Source of the DNA: Candidatus Dadabacteria bacterium
GTDB lineage: Bacteria > Desulfobacterota_D > UBA1144 > Nemesobacterales > Nemesobacteraceae
NCBI GenBank assembly: GCA_951812735.1
Contig: OX638332.1
Span: forward strand, 1,362,508-1,426,507
Direction: 5' to 3'
Length of the DNA: 64,000 nt
In this document: in pieces, positions 1 through 9,196 of the stretch
How positions within the stretch are numbered: the first letter of the stretch is position 1
Layout: each line of letters starts with the position of its first letter
Notes under the pieces: model-generated
What the model was told of the DNA's origin: nothing
Seen by the model: the letters and a program-made list of their open reading frames with translations, nothing else
Database searches by the model: none
Program-made: the position numbers and the translations under genes

Positions 1-679
1 CCGGATTGATTGCGGCTTCTTTCGTTTTTCCGATGGATTTCTGGGTTGCGGGAGAAAACTCCCGGAGCGAATTCACTTGGTCTCCGAAAAACTCCACTCT
101 GAGAGGATTAAGAGAGCCCGGCGAGAAAAGGTCCACTATGGAACCTCGGACGCTTATGTCCCCTCTTTTTTCTGTGAAATCCACTTCGCTGTAACCGATT
201 CCAAGGAGTCTTTGCACGAGTTCGTCCCGTTCAACCTGTGTTCCCTTCTCCACGGTGAAGCTCTCAGCTTCTAGGGCTCGGGGCGGAGCCAGCACCTCGG
301 CAAGTGCCGCCGCGTCTGTGCATAGAACTCCCGTTTGTTTCCATCTGAAAAGAGAATGAAGCCTCTCGGGTTCGGTAATTTCTCTTTTCTCGAAAAGGGA
401 GCGGTTTTTCTCCATTCCTCTTGAGAGAAGAACCGGAATCTCTGTCCCCTTCAAAGAAGAAATGCTCCGCGCTGCCGTGGCGCACTCTTCTCTTTGCTCG
501 CAGACGTGCAGTACTTTTTTGTTGGGCGCCTCGGAGAGAAGCGCCAGGAGAAAATAGGACGAGTTCCCGTAAAGACCGGCAAGGTCCGTCGGTTTTCCAG
601 GCGGGTATGAGAAGAACTTCTCCACTAAGGGGTTTTCAAGGTGCGATGAAAGTTCAAACGTGGAGTTTTTACCGTTCAC
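1..679 (-). CDS. mfd: Transcription-repair coupling factor Mfd, N-terminal part. The gene continues past the window's left edge and is not in the supplied ORF track.
   Basis: Manual minus-strand translation gives an open frame from a GTG at about 679 to position 1. It contains the UvrB/Mfd interaction-domain signature (GYSEVDFTEKRGDISVRGSIVDLFSPGSLNPLRVEFFGDQVNSLREF). The N-terminal LAGLYGNSSYFLLALL segment is a degenerate Walker-A-less region, as in Mfd rather than UvrB. Confidence 0.6.
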   Translation of the reverse strand, partial: MNGKNSTFELSSHLENPLVEKFFSYPPGKPTDLAGLYGNSSYFLLALLSEAPNKKVLHVCEQREECATAARSISSLKGTEIPVLLSRGMEKNRSLFEKREITEPERLHSLFRWKQTGVLCTDAAALAEVLAPPRALEAESFTVEKGTQVERDELVQRLLGIGYSEVDFTEKRGDISVRGSIVDLFSPGSLNPLRVEFFGDQVNSLREFSPATQKSIGKTKEAAINP

Positions 680-703
680 TTCTTGGGACCTGAGTCATTT
701 TTT

Positions 704-1774
704 TCACAGTTCGCCGAGTATGAGAGATCCCATTTCCTCTGTGCCTACCCTTGCTTTCCCCTCTTCGTATATGTCGGATGTGCGGTAGCCCTTGTCTAGG
801 ACCTTTCTTACGGCTTCTTCGACCTGTGCGGCGGCCCCGTCCATGTCAAAAGAGTAGCGCAGCATCATGGCCATCGAGAGAATAGAGGCTATGGGATTCG
901 CTATCCCCTTACCGGCGATGTCGGGAGCGCTTCCGTGAACTGGTTCGTATATCGCTCCTTCGTTGCCGACGCTTGCCGAGGGCAGCATGCCTAGGGAACC
1001 GGTGAGCTGGGCGGCTTCGTCGCTTATTATGTCGCCGAACATGTTTCCTGCCAGCATCACGTCGAAATCGGCCGGCCTTCTTATAAGCTGCATAGCGGCG
1101 TTATCCACGTACAGGTGCTCAAGAGTGACGTCTGAGAACTGGCGTTCGTGAAGCTCGGTTACGGTGTCCCTCCAAAGCACCATCGATTCGAGAACATTCG
1201 ATTTGTCAATCGAGGTGACTTTGTTTTTTCTTTTTCTGGCGATCTCAAAAGCCATCTTCGCCACTCTTTCTATCTCGGAAGTGGTGTAATGCAGGGTGTT
1301 AAACGCCTTGCTCTCTCCCCCGCCGAGCTGCTCGTTTCCTCTTGGATGCCCGAAATATATTCCACTTGTAAGCTCCCTCACGACCATTATATCGACCCCC
1401 TCCACTACTTCCCTTTTAAGCGTGGACGCATCGGCAAGTGCCGCGTACACGATCGCGGGTCTGAGGTTCGCGAAGGTGTCAAGCTGCTTTCTGAGTTCGA
1501 GAAGCCCTCTTTCTGGTTTCAGGTGGTGCTCGATGTTCTCCCATTTCGGGCCGCCCACGGCTCCTAGGAGCACAGCGTCACTTTGCTTTGCTTTTTCTAT
1601 GGTTTCTTCGGTTACGGGAATCCCGTGCGCATCTATGGCGCATCCGCCGAGAAGATCGTTCTCAAGCGTGAACTCAACCCCGTTTCTCTCGCCGACGGTC
1701 CTGAGTATGGACACGCTGACTTCGGTTACCTCAACCCCTATTCCGTCTCCTGGGACTACCAGTATTTTAGGCAA
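704..1774 (-). CDS. leuB: 3-isopropylmalate dehydrogenase
   Basis: 356 aa with isocitrate/isopropylmalate dehydrogenase family motifs (GDGIG near the N-terminus, NLRP, GSAPDIAGKGIANP). Confidence 0.93.
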   Translation of the reverse strand: MPKILVVPGDGIGVEVTEVSVSILRTVGERNGVEFTLENDLLGGCAIDAHGIPVTEETIEKAKQSDAVLLGAVGGPKWENIEHHLKPERGLLELRKQLDTFANLRPAIVYAALADASTLKREVVEGVDIMVVRELTSGIYFGHPRGNEQLGGGESKAFNTLHYTTSEIERVAKMAFEIARKRKNKVTSIDKSNVLESMVLWRDTVTELHERQFSDVTLEHLYVDNAAMQLIRRPADFDVMLAGNMFGDIISDEAAQLTGSLGMLPSASVGNEGAIYEPVHGSAPDIAGKGIANPIASILSMAMMLRYSFDMDGAAAQVEEAVRKVLDKGYRTSDIYEEGKARVGTEEMGSLILGEL

Positions 1775-1884
1775 TTTCCATTTTCCTCTGCATTTTCTGG
1801 TTTTTTCAGGGCATTAACCTACCTGAATGGTTGTTAATTCCGAACCCCCGCAGCCGCTTCGCAGGTAAATGGGAATCAGGCTTG

Positions 1885-2646
1885 TTACCGGGCGACGCAG
1901 TTTACGAGTCTTCCGATCCCCTCGATCTCCACTTCTACCACGTCCCCTGGGCTCATGGGGCTTATCCCGGAAGGAGTTCCGGTCGCTATTATATCTCCGG
2001 GAAGAAGTGTCATCACCTTCGATATGAAGCTTACAAGCTCAGGGACGCTGAATATCAGATTTTTCGTGCTTGAATTCTGCTTTACTTCGCCGTTTAGAAA
2101 AGTCTTTATGCGAAGCTCAGCGGGGTCGACTTCCGTCTCTATGAAAGGTCCGATCGGAGCGAAAGTGTCAAAACCCTTGCCTCTTGTGAATTGTATGTCC
2201 TTTGCCTGGAGGTCTCTCGCGGTCACGTCGTTTATGCAGGTATATCCGAAGACGTATTCAAGGGACTGCTCCTTCTCCACCATATGGGCTCTTTTCCCTA
2301 TCACGACCCCGAGTTCTCCTTCGTAATCGACTCTGCCCGACATGTGCGCGGGATATTTTATGTCTTCTCCGTGCGCTATGACCGTAGTTGAGGGTTTCAT
2401 AAACAGCATGGGGTCTTCGGGGGGAATTCTGTTCATCTCTTTTGCGTGATCTTCGTAGTTGAGCCCGACTGCTATGATTTTTGTGGGAAGGCAGGGGGCA
2501 AGCGGCGCTATATTTGTGTAATCGTGTTTTGTGTCCGTCACCGAGTATTTTCCAAAGATGTCTCCTTTGATCTCAAAGACCGATCCGTCGATATATTCTC
2601 CGAACACCAGCTTTTCTTCTGTATTTTTGAACCTGAGGAATTTCAT
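1885..2646 (-). CDS. Fumarylacetoacetate hydrolase (FAH) family protein, 2-keto-4-pentenoate hydratase-like
   Basis: 253 aa with the FAH-fold pattern (GLNYEDHAKE, EGELGVVIGK, divalent-cation acidic residues). Confidence 0.8.
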   Translation of the reverse strand: MKFLRFKNTEEKLVFGEYIDGSVFEIKGDIFGKYSVTDTKHDYTNIAPLAPCLPTKIIAVGLNYEDHAKEMNRIPPEDPMLFMKPSTTVIAHGEDIKYPAHMSGRVDYEGELGVVIGKRAHMVEKEQSLEYVFGYTCINDVTARDLQAKDIQFTRGKGFDTFAPIGPFIETEVDPAELRIKTFLNGEVKQNSSTKNLIFSVPELVSFISKVMTLLPGDIIATGTPSGISPMSPGDVVEVEIEGIGRLVNCVAR

Positions 2647-2722
2647 TGTGCTTCCTTCAAATGCCTCTAATTATATACGGGAATTTCGTATAAGAGTATC
2701 GGTCTTTTGCGCGTTTTAGGAT

Positions 2723-3460
2723 TCAGTAGATCACTTTTTTAAGAAAGAGTCCCTGCGGGGGAGCAGTGAAGACATTTTTTGTCTTCTGTCCCTCGGCGAG
2801 TATCTGCCCGAACCCTTCGGGAGAGAGTTTCCCCCTTCCAGTTTGCACGAGGGTCCCGGTTATCATTCTTACCATTCTTTTTAAAAATCCCTCCGCCTCT
2901 ATTTTAACCAGGATTGTCCCTTCCCGGGTTTTCTTGACGTGAATCTGTTTTACTGTGCGTACGGTGGTCTTCACTGTTATGTCGGCCGTGGCGAAAACGG
3001 AGAAATCATGCGTTCCCTCAAGATATGCGGCGGCTTCCTTCATTTTCCCCGCATCGAGTTTCTCCGGGATGTGCCAGACCCTGTTTCTCTGCAGGGCGGG
3101 GCGATGCGGCCTGTTGAAAATCCTGTATTCGTATACCTTGCTTCGGGAGCTGAACTGTGCGTGAAAATCGTCGGGCACCTCTTGGGTTTCGATGATGGAT
3201 ATGTCCCGGGGAAGTGTGGAATTCAGCGCCTTTAGCAAGGTTTCGGGATCCATTTGCGTTTCGGTGAGAAAATTTGCCACCTGACCCATGGCGTGCACTC
3301 CTGCGTCTGTTCTGCCCGAACCCGTTATCTTCACTTTTTCTTTGGTAATCTGTTTTATGGCGTCTTCTATTGTTTCCTGTACTGTGGGGAGATTCGCCTG
3401 GCACTGCCAGCCGTGATAGTCCGTGCCGTCATACTCGATAACTATCTTTATGTTTTTCAT
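2723..3460 (-). CDS. truA: tRNA pseudouridine(38-40) synthase TruA
   Basis: 245 aa with YDGTDYHGWQ and GRTDAGVHA, which contains the catalytic Asp motif of TruA. Confidence 0.9.
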   Translation of the reverse strand: MKNIKIVIEYDGTDYHGWQCQANLPTVQETIEDAIKQITKEKVKITGSGRTDAGVHAMGQVANFLTETQMDPETLLKALNSTLPRDISIIETQEVPDDFHAQFSSRSKVYEYRIFNRPHRPALQRNRVWHIPEKLDAGKMKEAAAYLEGTHDFSVFATADITVKTTVRTVKQIHVKKTREGTILVKIEAEGFLKRMVRMITGTLVQTGRGKLSPEGFGQILAEGQKTKNVFTAPPQGLFLKKVIY

Positions 3461-3482
3461 TTCCGTCTGCGGTCGCCTCTGA

Positions 3483-4418
3483 TCAGGCGAGCGGCTCCTG
3501 TTTTTTAAGCTCTATTCTCGGGTCTAGAATAGCGTAGAGAAGATCAACAATGAGATTAGCTATTACGAGCAGAAGCGCGTAGACGATTGTTATTCCGAGC
3601 ACGACGGAGTAATCCCTGTTTGCCACGGCGAAAACGAAAAACCTTCCCATTCCTGGTATCGCGAATATGTGCTCAATGACGAACGATCCTGTCACCAGAT
3701 AGGCGGTCAGGGGACCGAGCACCGTTACGACCGGTATAAGTGCGTTTCTCAGTATGTGCTTTGTGAATATCTTCGTTCTTCCGAGCCCCTTCGCCCTAGC
3801 GGTTCTTACGAAAAACTGGCCCGACACGTCAAGCATGTTCGAGCGGACGAGTCTTGATATATAGGCGAACGGAGCCAGGCTCAGCGTTACTGCGGGAAGG
3901 ACTATGTGCTTGGGCTCTCCCCAGAGAGCTGCCGGCAGAATTCCCCATCTAACGGAGAAAAAGTATATGAGTGCCGCTCCGACGACAAAGCTTGGGATCG
4001 ACACGAGGGAAGTTGAGATCAGCACCGAGGCAATGTCATGGATGCTTCTTGGAAACAGCGAGGAAATCATTCCCACCACGGTTCCCATGAAAAACGCCAG
4101 CAGCAGGGACACCAGCCCGAGTCCCATTGAGACCGGCAGGGTTTCCTTTATTATGTCGGCAACCGGTCTGTCGTCGTATTTGTAGGAAGGTCCGAAGTCC
4201 CCGCGGGCAAGGTTTCCCACGTAGATGAGGTACTGTTGGTGCAGCGGCTTGTCCATGTGATATTTTTTCTCGATATTCTCGAGTATGTGCGGGGGAATGC
4301 TCTTTTCAGTGTCAAAAGGACCTCCGGGAAGCACCCTGAGAAGAAAGAAGGTTATGCTCGCCACCACGAGGATCACAACCGCTCCGGTCAGTATTCGAAA
4401 GCAGAGAAATTTAAGCAT
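3483..4418 (-). CDS. ABC transporter permease of the oligopeptide/dipeptide (DppB/OppB) type
   Basis: 311 aa, multi-TM, with the BPD_transp_1 signature region (RTARAKGL....ILRNAL) and an N-terminal anchor. Confidence 0.85.
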   Translation of the reverse strand: MLKFLCFRILTGAVVILVVASITFFLLRVLPGGPFDTEKSIPPHILENIEKKYHMDKPLHQQYLIYVGNLARGDFGPSYKYDDRPVADIIKETLPVSMGLGLVSLLLAFFMGTVVGMISSLFPRSIHDIASVLISTSLVSIPSFVVGAALIYFFSVRWGILPAALWGEPKHIVLPAVTLSLAPFAYISRLVRSNMLDVSGQFFVRTARAKGLGRTKIFTKHILRNALIPVVTVLGPLTAYLVTGSFVIEHIFAIPGMGRFFVFAVANRDYSVVLGITIVYALLLVIANLIVDLLYAILDPRIELKKQEPLA

Positions 4419-4478
4419 TGCTTTGTTCCCGGGACTTCATACGCTTTTCTCAGTACGAACGCGATACATATTCGAAGT

Positions 4479-7367
4479 TCAGGAAATATCTTTTCTTATG
4501 GCCAGGGTTCTTTTGGACGTCATTCCTTTTTCGTCCTTGGCTACTATGGTGAAAAGATTCACTCCTTCCTCAAGAGTTAGGGGAAAAAGCAGGGGAACGT
4601 TGTTTTTCCCAGGTGTAAAAAGCTTTATCTTGTCATTTTTTTTCCACACCGAGATGCTCTCTACCCGGTTGGTATCCATGACCGATCCCTCCACCGTTAT
4701 CTTGGAAGCTTCTGTGGAAATAGGGAAATCCGAAATCAGGATGAGAGGAGGTCTTTCAAAAATCTCCTCAAGAAGTGAAACCCCCTGTGCGGTGTTCTTG
4801 ATTTCGTCAATGGTTTTCTCCTCCACCCACCCCGCAACCGAGTTCTCTCCCTCAACCCGCATCCATCGCCCTGAGGTGCCGAGAACTTTTACCATGGAAT
4901 TTTTCTGTGCCAGAGCCACTGTTGGGGCTCCCGGAAAAGTTCCCCCCAGTATAGGACTTTTGTTTTTGAACACGGCAGTCTTGTTTGCCGAAGCGAGAGA
5001 AAAAGGTCTTTCCTGAGCGAAAACAGGCAGGGTTATTTTCTGTGTTTTTATTTCCCTGATGTCCTCATCCATTACAAGAAGCTCAAATTCCGTTTCACCG
5101 CCTTCGTCGCTTTGTCTGAAACGAAACGGTGCGAGCCTGGTTTCCCCTGGACGGAAGTTCTCAAGCTCGACCCTTCCTTTTTCAAGAAACACGTTATCGC
5201 CCGAGAGGTTCTTGAGAGTGGCGACCGTCTTTTCCGATATTCCGTCTCCGACATTTTTCAGTTTTACGTTGATTACTACCGTTTCTTCAAGTTCCGCGCG
5301 CCCGTTTCCGTTGCCTGTGCTCTCAAACCTTCCGTCGTCCACTACTTCGTGGTTATGGGAGTAGACGGGACGTTTGTCCGCCACGGTTTTTACGAGAAGA
5401 TCTTTCTCCGTAAGGGTTTTGTTCCCCGAACTTGTGAAGACAAGCTTAAGACTGTCCTCTCTGGTGTTAGCCCACTTGGGTATGGAAAACTTGACTTTCG
5501 AGGTCTTGCTTTGCCCGGGGAGCAGTTTTCCGAACAGAAGTTCTCCATCTCTGTAAATTCGATTCTCACAGTCTGTGACGGCACTTAGCCTGTGTATCGG
5601 GTCGGAGCTGGAATTTGTCACCTTTATCTCGAGAAAACTTTCTTCTCCGGCCCTGAAAACTGTTTTTGAAGGAAGGGTCTCGACCGACAAGGAGAGTTTT
5701 TTCGTTTCACCGGCCGACCAGTCCACTCCCGTATCTTCGATCCGGGCTCTGATTTCTTCGAGCTGGGCGACGGAGAAATCGGCGGCTATGGAATACACTT
5801 GTTTCCGGGTCTCTGCCAGAAGCAGTCTGCTTGAGAGTTTCACGTAAAAATCATTTTCCAGCTTTTCAAGTTTCTGCGCTTTTGTAAGCGATTCGTCCGG
5901 CTGGATTTCATCTTCATCTTCTTCCTGCGGTACCAGACTGTCATCTATATACTTGATTGTGAGTTCGGGGATTGGTAGCTCTGCTTCCTCCGCGTCCTCT
6001 CTTTTCTCGGGCAGAGGATTATAGACTACTTTCTCTGCGGTTATTACGGATCCCTGAAGAAGAATGTCGGGGGTTATCCCGCTGTCCTGTATGGAGATAT
6101 CGCCTGGAGTCAGATATTTTGCTATGGTGAGTTTCAACGCGGCACCGTCTTCAAACTCAAAGACTTTCTGGACCGAGCCCTTGCCGAAGGATCTTTTTCC
6201 TACCACAAGCGCTCTTTTGTTGTTTTTCAGTGCTCCTGCTACTATTTCCGACGCGCTTGCGCTTCCCTGGTTCACAAGCACGATTACCTCCCCCTTGTAT
6301 TCAGGCTGTCTTGCCGTTGCCCTGTAGATTTTGGAATAGTCTCTTGCTTTCGTCGTCATTATGGTTCCGGAGGAAAGGAAGAGATCGGCTACTTTTTCTG
6401 CTTCCGAGAGAAGACCTCCGGGGTTTGCTCTAAGATCGAGGATTATTCCTTTGATTGCGTAAGGACGGCTTTTTATCTCTTTTTTTAGGTCCGAGGAAGT
6501 GTTCTTTTGGAAGTTTCTTATTCTCAGGTAAAGAATGTCGTTTTCGAGGTCGAACCCTTCAACGCTTTCTATCTTTATTGTGTCTCTCACTATCGAAAAT
6601 TTCCGTGGTTTAGAGAAGTTTTTTCTGGAGATAAGGAGATTTATCTTGGTCCCCTTCTTGCCCCTGAGTTTCCCTACAGCTTCGAGAAGTGGCATGTTTA
6701 TGGTTGATTCGTTTTCTATCTGTACGATCCGGTCTTTGGTCTTTATTCCTGATCTGTAGGCTGGGGTACCCTCTATCGGGGATATGACGGTCAACTGACC
6801 GTCTCTTATGCCGACCACTATGCCGAGCCCTCCGAAACTTCCTTCGGTGTCTATTAGAAACTCCTTGTAGATGTCCGGCGGAATCATCGCGGAGTGCGGG
6901 TCGAGGGCCTTCAGCATGCTGTCCGATATGGAATATTCTATGTTTTTGACGGCGCGCGCTTCGGCCCCCGTGTTAGAAAGGACGAAAGACACAACTTGGC
7001 CCAAGGCGCTTGCGACGTCGTTTGAGGACGGCAATTCTTTTTCCTTGAATTTTTTTGTTTTCTCTTTTACCTGAACGGCGAAGGTCCCGCTCCGGTCTTG
7101 CGGAAATTCTACTAGGACGTCGTCAAGGAAGGTTTCAAGGCTTGAGACCGCTTTTTCAAGCATCTCCGAGTAGTCGATCTTGCTTTTGTCCAGATAAAAC
7201 TTGTTTACGTGCTTAAGTGCATCTTCGGCGATTTTTATGCTCTGATTGTTGTATTTTCGGTCAAGACTGACTGGCTCAGCGACGAGAAAGAAGGATAGGG
7301 CGATAATGATCCCCAAGGCAAGGGCCAAGTACCCGTTTCTGAGAAAACTCGGAATTCTTTCAGACAA
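4479..7367 (-). CDS. S41-family C-terminal processing peptidase (Ctp/Prc-like) with a PDZ domain and a roughly 500-aa C-terminal extension
   Basis: 962 aa with an N-terminal TM. The PDZ plus S41 core shows GGLGIVVG, the LDLRANPGG motif, the catalytic Ser in NQGSASASEIVAGAL and the Lys in SFGKGSVQ. The long beta-rich tail is not assigned. Confidence 0.85.
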   Translation of the reverse strand: MSERIPSFLRNGYLALALGIIIALSFFLVAEPVSLDRKYNNQSIKIAEDALKHVNKFYLDKSKIDYSEMLEKAVSSLETFLDDVLVEFPQDRSGTFAVQVKEKTKKFKEKELPSSNDVASALGQVVSFVLSNTGAEARAVKNIEYSISDSMLKALDPHSAMIPPDIYKEFLIDTEGSFGGLGIVVGIRDGQLTVISPIEGTPAYRSGIKTKDRIVQIENESTINMPLLEAVGKLRGKKGTKINLLISRKNFSKPRKFSIVRDTIKIESVEGFDLENDILYLRIRNFQKNTSSDLKKEIKSRPYAIKGIILDLRANPGGLLSEAEKVADLFLSSGTIMTTKARDYSKIYRATARQPEYKGEVIVLVNQGSASASEIVAGALKNNKRALVVGKRSFGKGSVQKVFEFEDGAALKLTIAKYLTPGDISIQDSGITPDILLQGSVITAEKVVYNPLPEKREDAEEAELPIPELTIKYIDDSLVPQEEDEDEIQPDESLTKAQKLEKLENDFYVKLSSRLLLAETRKQVYSIAADFSVAQLEEIRARIEDTGVDWSAGETKKLSLSVETLPSKTVFRAGEESFLEIKVTNSSSDPIHRLSAVTDCENRIYRDGELLFGKLLPGQSKTSKVKFSIPKWANTREDSLKLVFTSSGNKTLTEKDLLVKTVADKRPVYSHNHEVVDDGRFESTGNGNGRAELEETVVINVKLKNVGDGISEKTVATLKNLSGDNVFLEKGRVELENFRPGETRLAPFRFRQSDEGGETEFELLVMDEDIREIKTQKITLPVFAQERPFSLASANKTAVFKNKSPILGGTFPGAPTVALAQKNSMVKVLGTSGRWMRVEGENSVAGWVEEKTIDEIKNTAQGVSLLEEIFERPPLILISDFPISTEASKITVEGSVMDTNRVESISVWKKNDKIKLFTPGKNNVPLLFPLTLEEGVNLFTIVAKDEKGMTSKRTLAIRKDIS

Positions 7368-7454
7368 TTAAGATCACCGTCCCGGAAACTCTATTATCAA
7401 TTATATGGCGGATTATATCAAACTGCTTTGTTGGGTAGAGGGGCGGCAAAAAGG

Positions 7455-7510
7455 GAAGAAAAACAAAAAACAACGGGCAGAGAGAATTCATTATGATTCC
7501 CGCTGCCCGT
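7455..7510 (-). terminator. Rho-independent terminator downstream of the AmiS/UreI gene
   Basis: Inverted repeat aacgggcag...ctgcccgtt, followed on the minus strand by a T-rich run (gttttttgtttttc). Confidence 0.5.
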
Positions 7511-7538
7511 TATTATTTCAGCTAAAAAATATTAAATC

Positions 7539-8072
7539 TTAGCCTGGTACTCCACCGAGAGGATTCCACTTCTCAGTAAGCAGAAGCATTCCCGGGATCA
7601 ACAGAGTCACTATCGACTCTATTATAAACAGATAGGCTATCGGTTTGCCAAGATCCTTGCCCTGCGAGAACGCAAAGAAGCAAAGAAGTACAAGCAAAGC
7701 CCATGCCCAGCAGAAGTACGCAAAATACGCAAGCCCAAGTGCTTGGAAATGAGCCCCGTACCATACAAACACTACCGTCGCGAATAGACAGTAAACACCT
7801 AGTCCCTTCGCGTCATGTCCGTGTACGAATACCGCGTAAACTATCAGATATATCAATGCAAATACCGACACAAGCGCGGTAGCTGCCGTAAGACCCAGAG
7901 TGTGCAGCTTCCAGGCGGCAATCGCTATAAGAATGCCGACACCAAGATTTAACACACCCACTTCCTTCGCTCCAGTTTTACCCAAAAGGGTCATTCCGTT
8001 TGCAAAGAACACGAATCCTACTAGCAGTAATACGTAACCTAATAAAGCTTCTATTGGAACCATACTAACCAT
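7539..8072 (-). CDS. AmiS/UreI-family channel (urea or short-chain amide)
   Basis: 177 aa with six predicted TM segments. The N-terminus LLGYVLLLVGFVFFANGMTLLGK and the C-terminus IIESIVTLLIPGMLLLTEKW resemble the UreI/AmiS N- and C-terminal signatures recalled from H. pylori UreI. No amidase or urease gene lies nearby. Confidence 0.55.
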   Translation of the reverse strand: MVSMVPIEALLGYVLLLVGFVFFANGMTLLGKTGAKEVGVLNLGVGILIAIAAWKLHTLGLTAATALVSVFALIYLIVYAVFVHGHDAKGLGVYCLFATVVFVWYGAHFQALGLAYFAYFCWAWALLVLLCFFAFSQGKDLGKPIAYLFIIESIVTLLIPGMLLLTEKWNPLGGVPG

Positions 8073-8480
8073 ACCTCCTGTATGAGATCATAACCGTCCC
8101 TAGCCCGCAAATCAGGGCTCATTACAATTTCTATCATAGACCAAGCCTCAATGTCAAGCATAATTTTCGTCAAGTGAGATCTCAGCATGTTGAGTTAACT
8201 TATGAAGTAAGTAACTTCTTATTTTCTTAAGTTGACACAATTTCGGGCTGTTTTTTATTGCCAGCACCCCTTTATCTTTGCTGAGCTGTCTTTGTATCTT
8301 AAAATCTAGTCGGCTATATTATATCCCCATGACTCGATTAGCCCCTAGGGACGGGGTTTTCCGTGGAAACCGAATAATCTTAGTCTGGCTCGGCAAGATC
8401 GGTCAAAGGGGATTATCGACGAGGTTTTAAGGAGCGGATTCTTTTTACTGAGTTTCGCTAAAATAAGAATCATGAAGTTC

Positions 8481-8508
8481 TTAACTTACGGTTTTTCTAT
8501 GGTATAAT
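8481..8508 (+). promoter_or_regulatory. Sigma70-like promoter for the small gene starting at 8545
   Basis: TTAACT, then 16 bp, then the extended -10 TGgTATAAT at 8500-8508. The RBS agaggag sits 6 nt before the ATG at 8545. Confidence 0.45.
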
Positions 8509-8544
8509 TACCCCTAAATATTGCTTTTACAGAGGAGAAGCGCT

Positions 8545-8925
8545 ATGGCGGATGAGAAAACGAGCAGTGGGGTGGACCCTAACATCTGGATAAGGCCGCC
8601 TGAGGAAAGAGATGGCAAGGACAGCATCAGGAGTACGACGCTGGGTTCAGAGCCCGAGACGCTGCCGAAATACAAGACATTTGACGTAGTTACGTTAAGG
8701 ATAAGCCATGAGGATTTCGAATTTCTCCACAATCTTGAAAGGGAGATAATGAAAAATCGCTCCAGGGATAACAAAAAAGAAAGAATAACGAAAAACAGCA
8801 TTATGCGGGCGATGCTCGGCTGTCTTAAGAACGTAAAATTCGACAGAAAAGATATCCCGGACGAAAATGAGCTTCGAATCAGGATCATGAGAGGTATAAA
8901 AGACCTCCCTCCTTGGCTGTTTTAG
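8545..8925 (+). CDS. Hypothetical small protein, possibly a ribbon-helix-helix-like regulator
   Basis: 126 aa after the RBS agaggag. The central segment has a beta-strand (VVTLRI), helix A (SHEDFEFLHNLEREIM), a basic loop and helix B (ITKNSIMRAMLGCL), consistent with a CopG/Arc fold. This is a guess; no named-family motif was recognised. Confidence 0.4.
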   Translation: MADEKTSSGVDPNIWIRPPEERDGKDSIRSTTLGSEPETLPKYKTFDVVTLRISHEDFEFLHNLEREIMKNRSRDNKKERITKNSIMRAMLGCLKNVKFDRKDIPDENELRIRIMRGIKDLPPWLF

Positions 8926-9031
8926 CAGTTTTCCCGCCTGATCTCAGTCGAGAATATTTTGTAAAATCCATGAATTTATAGGTTGTTACCACTGGAAACT
9001 GAAACTCTGGTTTAGGTGTCAAAAAAAGTAC

Positions 9032-9061
9032 TTGACAAAGGGGTATAGGGTTTGATTTAAT
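9032..9061 (+). promoter_or_regulatory. Candidate promoter (TTGACA, 18 bp, TTTAAT) followed by a roughly 130-nt G-rich leader before the first ADC-like gene
   Basis: TTGACA lies at 9032-9037. The leader has repeated gtgaggt/ggtgag motifs and a gccttg....caaggc hairpin, and ends in the strong RBS taaggagg. Confidence 0.35.
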
Positions 9062-9196
9062 ACAAATTGGGTGAGGTTGCGCCTTGTCGCATCCAACAAG
9101 GCTACCAACACTTTATCAACAGGGGCATTGGGGAGTGTGTGAGGTATGGGAGTGTTTGGTGAGTTTTGGCCCTAAACTAATTAAGGAGGCTTAAAT

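Noticed and set aside
3018-3404. 128-aa Arg-rich ORF on the minus strand
   Set aside because: It is nested inside the truA coding region in another frame and has low-complexity basic composition.
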